Positions 24,001-30,000 of a DNA stretch of 64,000 nt are shown piece after piece. Made by a program: the position numbers and the translations under genes. Origin of the DNA: Cyanophora paradoxa CCMP329 (taxonomy: Eukaryota > Plantae > Glaucophyta). How positions within the stretch are numbered: position 1 is the first letter of the stretch; the number at the start of each line of letters is the position of its first letter. Where the stretch lies: positions 310,001 to 374,000 of the forward strand of contig QPMI01000044.1 in assembly GCA_004431415.1 (NCBI GenBank), read 5' to 3'. The notes below the pieces were generated by a model. The model did not search any database, was not told the origin of the DNA, and worked only from the letters and a program-made list of their open reading frames with translations.

Positions 24001-27000
24001 ATCGTTCCCTTCTCACAGAATTTCGATCTTGGCGCGAATTCTTTGAGGTGGAACACAGTTTACTCTTTGAGTGCAAACACCTGTAATATTGTAGTCGCAG
24101 GTTCATCGGCTACTATTGGAGATCTGACCGCCCCTTTTAAAAAGGAGTATCTTAAAGAGCTGTATATAACAAAGTCTGATTTACCAGATGCTATTTCGTT
24201 GGTGCTCTCCCCGACTCCCAGCATCTCATACCACAATGTGAAAGACACAAGTAATGTAGTGCGGAGTGGAAGCAAAGTATTCCAGGCATCCGAAATAGGA
24301 TCGGTCTCATATAGATATCTTGCAGGGGTTCCAGCGAATTTTAATTTCACATTTGAGACACCATTTGTTTCCCCTCCTACTATTGAAATAACAGACACGA
24401 ATTTGTATGTGGTCAATGATGGGTCAGCTACATCACTTCAAAATGCACCAGCCGGCTACTCCCATTTGTTGCAACTAACATAACAACCACCGGCTTCACA
24501 CTTGTCGGAAATGCAACAGTGACATATGCTCTGTCAGGGTATCCTGTTGGTTGTATTTTTCGAAATTTAATCTCTCTGTTATCCCAGCAGTGTCCCTTGC
24601 TCCTCCTTTACTATCAGTTGGAAGGCAACAGGAACTATTCCGCGATTTGACCCCGAAGATCGATTAAAAATAAGGTATCCTCTCGATGTTACAGACATTC
24701 ACACTACGAGGATCAATGGGCAGAATTTCGTGTTTAATGGAACCAATGCGACTTTGATCGATAATAGAGTCACAAATAATTACTTTTTCGATTCTCGATA
24801 TATTAATACTTGCAACATTGTCATACAGAAAACGTTTGAGGATCGCAGTAAGACCTTAACAGTCACCTTGCCCACTCATTCGAATGTCTCAGATGGATTT
24901 TACTATTATCTTTTCAATCGTAATTACACCTCATATATTCCATATCCTTCTGAGACTGTCAACATGAGCTATCCCAGAGCTACCCTAACATCGACCAATG
25001 CTGACTTCTTTGGATCCACGGACTTTATGACCTTCTTTGCTTTCACATCCTCTACTGATGGTCTGTTAGTTTATTACACTTTCAGGTATGATGCTGTTTG
25101 GACTCAGCTTGACAGCCACCCAAATACAGATGTAATCGAAGTGGGCGATAAGAAATATATCAAAACCGCTTCCCCATGGGTGTGCACTGTCCGGCTCGAT
25201 GACAGATACACTCCTAACCTAAATAACATTGGATTGCACTCGACATGCAATATTTATGTGCAAGGTGCAATATCGGCTTCGAAGTACTTTGAGGGTGGTA
25301 ACTGTGATGCAGGGCATCGATTGCTATCGCGAAATGGATTCTTTGAGTCATTCAGTGGGACGGCTCTACCGCCCTTTATCAGGGACACAGTCTATGATAC
25401 CACATGCAATATTTGGGTGTGTCGATCTGTGAGCAATCCACCTGTGACACAGGAATTATACAAGTATCTCGCAGATACCTATGGTGCAATCTCAGGATCC
25501 TCCACAGGAAATCCAGCGACGGCTCCCATCGTGTTTGCGAATGCATACACAGCGCCAACCTCATTAGCAGGGTCGACGGAACCGCCACCAAACGATCCAA
25601 ATCCGAACCAGCCTAACCCAGATCCCGATTCAAAAGATCCCCCTACAACTGATCCAGATCCAAACACACCACCTAATAATCCCACAAATCCTACTAATCC
25701 AGTCGGAGCACCGGGAACTGATCCAGGAACGTTAGTGCTTATGATTCTCTTGCCTATTCTCGGTGCTCTTGGGCTTGTGCTTGCATACAAATTCCGAGCT
25801 TTGTGTTGTGCATGCATAGACAGAACCATTGCAGGAGCAGGAAATAAATACTCAACACCTGAGCTTAATGTGACCCAAACAGCCGAAGGAGATGTGGGGT
25901 TAGAGGTGAGGTCAGCCGAGGGGCATGGTCTTAGTGTTGTGAGAACTGATCAACCACCAGCAAGTAGGGCAGCACCCAAAAAATCACGAGCACAACAAAT
26001 GGCTGAATCAATAATGAATGAAAATGCAGACTTTATGGCGGAAATTGCACAACGAGAAGGGAGAATATATGAACATGTTCCAAACGTTATGTAACAACCT
26101 TAATTTTTGTAGTATTCCATAATAGAGTATAATGACGGAACCCATAGTAGAAACGACAATAAAGAATGCGGTATTGGATAATAATTTTTATATAACCCAT
26201 GCCAATATACCCAGTGAATCCAATGACCTGATAGTAGATCTAAAAGGGTATGTGATGGGAGCTATGGCTTCCAACCTGTGGAATGACATTTTCGGTTACG
26301 AGTTTGGTCACATCTATGACATTGCAAATGGGATCGGCTATGTGGATGCAATGGCAGGCACAGCCTTTCGAAATCTAAATTGCAACTGTGTGGGAGGGTG
26401 GATGTTTCAGATCTGTTCAAATGTCGATCCTACTATTGATCCAGCTACTGTGACCTTTGATTGCAATCTATTCGCCCCTAAAACCATTTTCTCCATCACT
26501 TGCAATCTCGTTAATTCAGATGTCCCTATTGTAGCACCTATAATTGGTGCAAGTAATATTTATATTCAGAGAGAGCCTGTTGTAACTTCAAATGTTGTGC
26601 AGGGATGGATACAAAACCACACGCACACAAAAGCCCAAATAACAGATTTCGATCACACTCATTTATGGGAACATATCACAAATCCGCCATTGACCTTCCC
26701 ACCTGCTGCACACACTCATGATTATTCCCAGATCACCAATTCGAACCACTTTCACACTAAATCCGAGATCACAGATTTTGCCCACACTCATTTATGGGAG
26801 CATATCACAAATCCGCCATTAACCTTCCCACCTGCTGCACACACTCATGATTATTCCCAGATCACCAATTCGAACCACTTTCACACTAAATCCGAGATCA
26901 CAGATTTCGCCCATACTCATTTATGGGAGCATATCACAAATCCTCCGTTAACCTTCCCACCTGATTCACACACTCATGATTATTCAGAGATTACAAATAG

Positions 27001-30000
27001 CAACCACAGGCACCCATGGAGCGAAATAGACGAACAGCCAGTTTTTGCCCAATTGAATGCAATCGGAAACGTTTTTAATGGAGTCACACTTTACCAATCA
27101 ATTAATACACCTGAAAGGCTATTTTTGAATGATCATTATGTTAGTCTCAATGGTTCATTTACAGGTGAAACAGGCACACCGATGGTGGGAACTCTTGCAG
27201 TAAGATTACCCAGGGATCCAATCGTAAATGGAGTGTATAGTGGCGATTTCAATGTAGGAGTAAACGATACTTTCCCCAGTATCTATGTTACGAATTATCA
27301 CCCAGGAGAAATAGGACAAGTAGCGGATTTTTCAGCAGCTATTCAAATTAACGTAACAGATCAAAGCGCATATGATGGAGCAAGACCTAAAATAGTATTC
27401 ACAAGGGAGAAAGTTGTTAACTATCTTCCCGTTGCGGGACAACCCACAGATGATCACGGGAAATGTGAAATGGCGTGGATTAAAACGACATCAGGTGGCG
27501 CCTTAGAAGTCAATCAGAGAATGGCGGCGAAAAACTTACACAATACCACCCTTTCGGGTGTGGTTACAGATGATTACCTTACCAATAAAGGATATCTTAC
27601 CACAGCAGATCTTAGCAGTTATACAACAGATGCGGAATTAACTACGGCTCTTGCGAATTATTTACCTCTTACAGGTGGAACCGTCACCGGAACCGTTAAC
27701 TCTACCACTTTACAAATTGGCGGAACCACAATACCGAAAGGTTACGAATTCGACCAATTAGATAGTATTTCAACAGATAGAAGCGCTAATAATTGGACTG
27801 TCAATTGGACAGGACATAGAACAGGGCAAACAGGATGTTATACTACACCATTAAATGATGAAGATTGCAGCGGTTGTTTTATGCGTTGGACAGTTCCAGA
27901 AGGTATGAAATCGTTTTACATTCAACTTTTAAATTGGCATAATTGTAGATATTTCGACATTTACGGTGAAACTGTAAATGGACATCAGCATTTCTTAAAA
28001 CGTGTTAATCACTATCAAGCAATACAAGATAGCGGAATTCAAGATGGAACCTATAATGCTATTATTTACACTTCTATTAACTGTGATTTCTATAAAAAGA
28101 TTTTGGTGAAAGGTGTGAAAGGTCGCATTCATCTTACGGGGGTTTTCGGTTGGAGTAGACAAAGAGCAACCGATAATGATGTTGGATTAATTCATTATGA
28201 TAATATCGCTTTTAATCCTGTCGGCAAATATTCCGATTTTGATGTGGTGAGTGGTTGGAATAGCACAGGTGTAGAGTTTGTCGGAAGTTGGCAGACCAAT
28301 TGGAAACCTACAACAGATAACCCAGTAGCAGGATTTCATAGCACTATACAAAATGATGAGACCAGTAGTGACTACGCGCAAGTTATAGTGCCGACGGGAA
28401 TGAAAACATGTCACATCCAATATTTATGTTGGACGAATGCAAGATACTTTGATATTCAGGGATACCGCAACAGTCGATGGAATCATATTATGAGAGTGAA
28501 TACTTACCAAAATGTATCAAACACAGCCGATTCATTATGGCATGACAGTTTATTATGGACTTCCGTATTTTGTGGGAATTTTACACATATTAGAGTTGTG
28601 GCAAGAAAAGGACGCGTTCATATTGGAATGCTTGGATGGACAAAAGAGGTAGGAAGAACAGCACCCGCGAATGGTATGATTAGTTGGGATAATGTTTATA
28701 GCAAACCGTCATTTTATTCAGCCGCAGACCTTCCAGGAACAGCTACATGGGCTACAAACACATGGTTAAAATCAGTAGATGCAGTCGAGCGTGTTTGGTT
28801 TGGTAATGGCGATTGCACGTATATACGAGGGAGACCAAATGGTGATGGTGTGTCAATTGAATTTAGAAACTCAGCAGATGGAGCAATTTTAAAATCTTAT
28901 AACAATGGAAACCTTTGGATTAACAACACTTTGACAGTTCCGACAATAAGCGCTACCACCATCGGTGCAACAACCATAGATGTTGCAACACTAAAAAGAA
29001 ATGGTTATGACGTTCCAAAATGTTACGGTTTTGATGACACAGTAGCGGGTGGCGCTTATCATTCATCGGGCGGAACTTGGACAGTTGGTTATGGGTCATC
29101 TTGGGATCCAGGATATAATTATGGTAGTTATGTATTCAATAGTGAAGCCGATGATACAGAATCTACATCTACTTGGATTCAGTATACAATACCCACAGCA
29201 ATGGTTAATGGGACAGCATTCCTTACACATTTACCGTGGACTAATTGCCGTTACTTTGAAATTTGGGGAGTCCGTAGTAATGGAGCAATTGTATTTATTA
29301 CGAGAGTTAATAACTATCACCCTCATAATGGCGATTCCGGCGGTCACCACAACGGGTTAAATAATGTCCCTATCTTCCTTGCGGGTCGATTTACTCACAT
29401 CCGTATTTATCCGAGAGTTGGAAGAGTTCATATTATGGGTATTGGTTTCACACATGATCGCGCACATAGTAGTTCTTATGGTGGACACACCGGTTACATT
29501 TCTTGGGATAACATTTATAGTAAGCCAAATCTACTTACACCGAGTTTAGTTGGAAACATTACAGGTTTTGATACTTGGAGTGGAACAGGTAGTGGCGGTC
29601 TATCATTTAGCGGATCTTGGGTATCGGGTTGGACGGCTACTAATGATAATCCCGTGGACGGATTTTATAGTAGTGTTTCAGGTGATACGACGAGCAGTGA
29701 TTGGGCGCAAATCGAAAAACCAGCAAATATGAAAACATGTCACGTTCAATATTTGTGTTGGACGAATTGTAGATATTTCGATATTGGAGGTTATCGATCG
29801 GGTAGATGGTTCCACATTATGCGTGTAAATACTTACCAGGCTATCTCAAATTATGGAACTTCTGATTATCACGATGGGTTGGCGTGGGCTTCCTTTGCTT
29901 GTGATAACTTTTCACACGTAAGATTCGTTGCAAGTAAAGGGCGGTGTTACATCGGTATGGTTGGATGGACAAAAGAAAAAGGAAGAACGTCACCCGCTAA

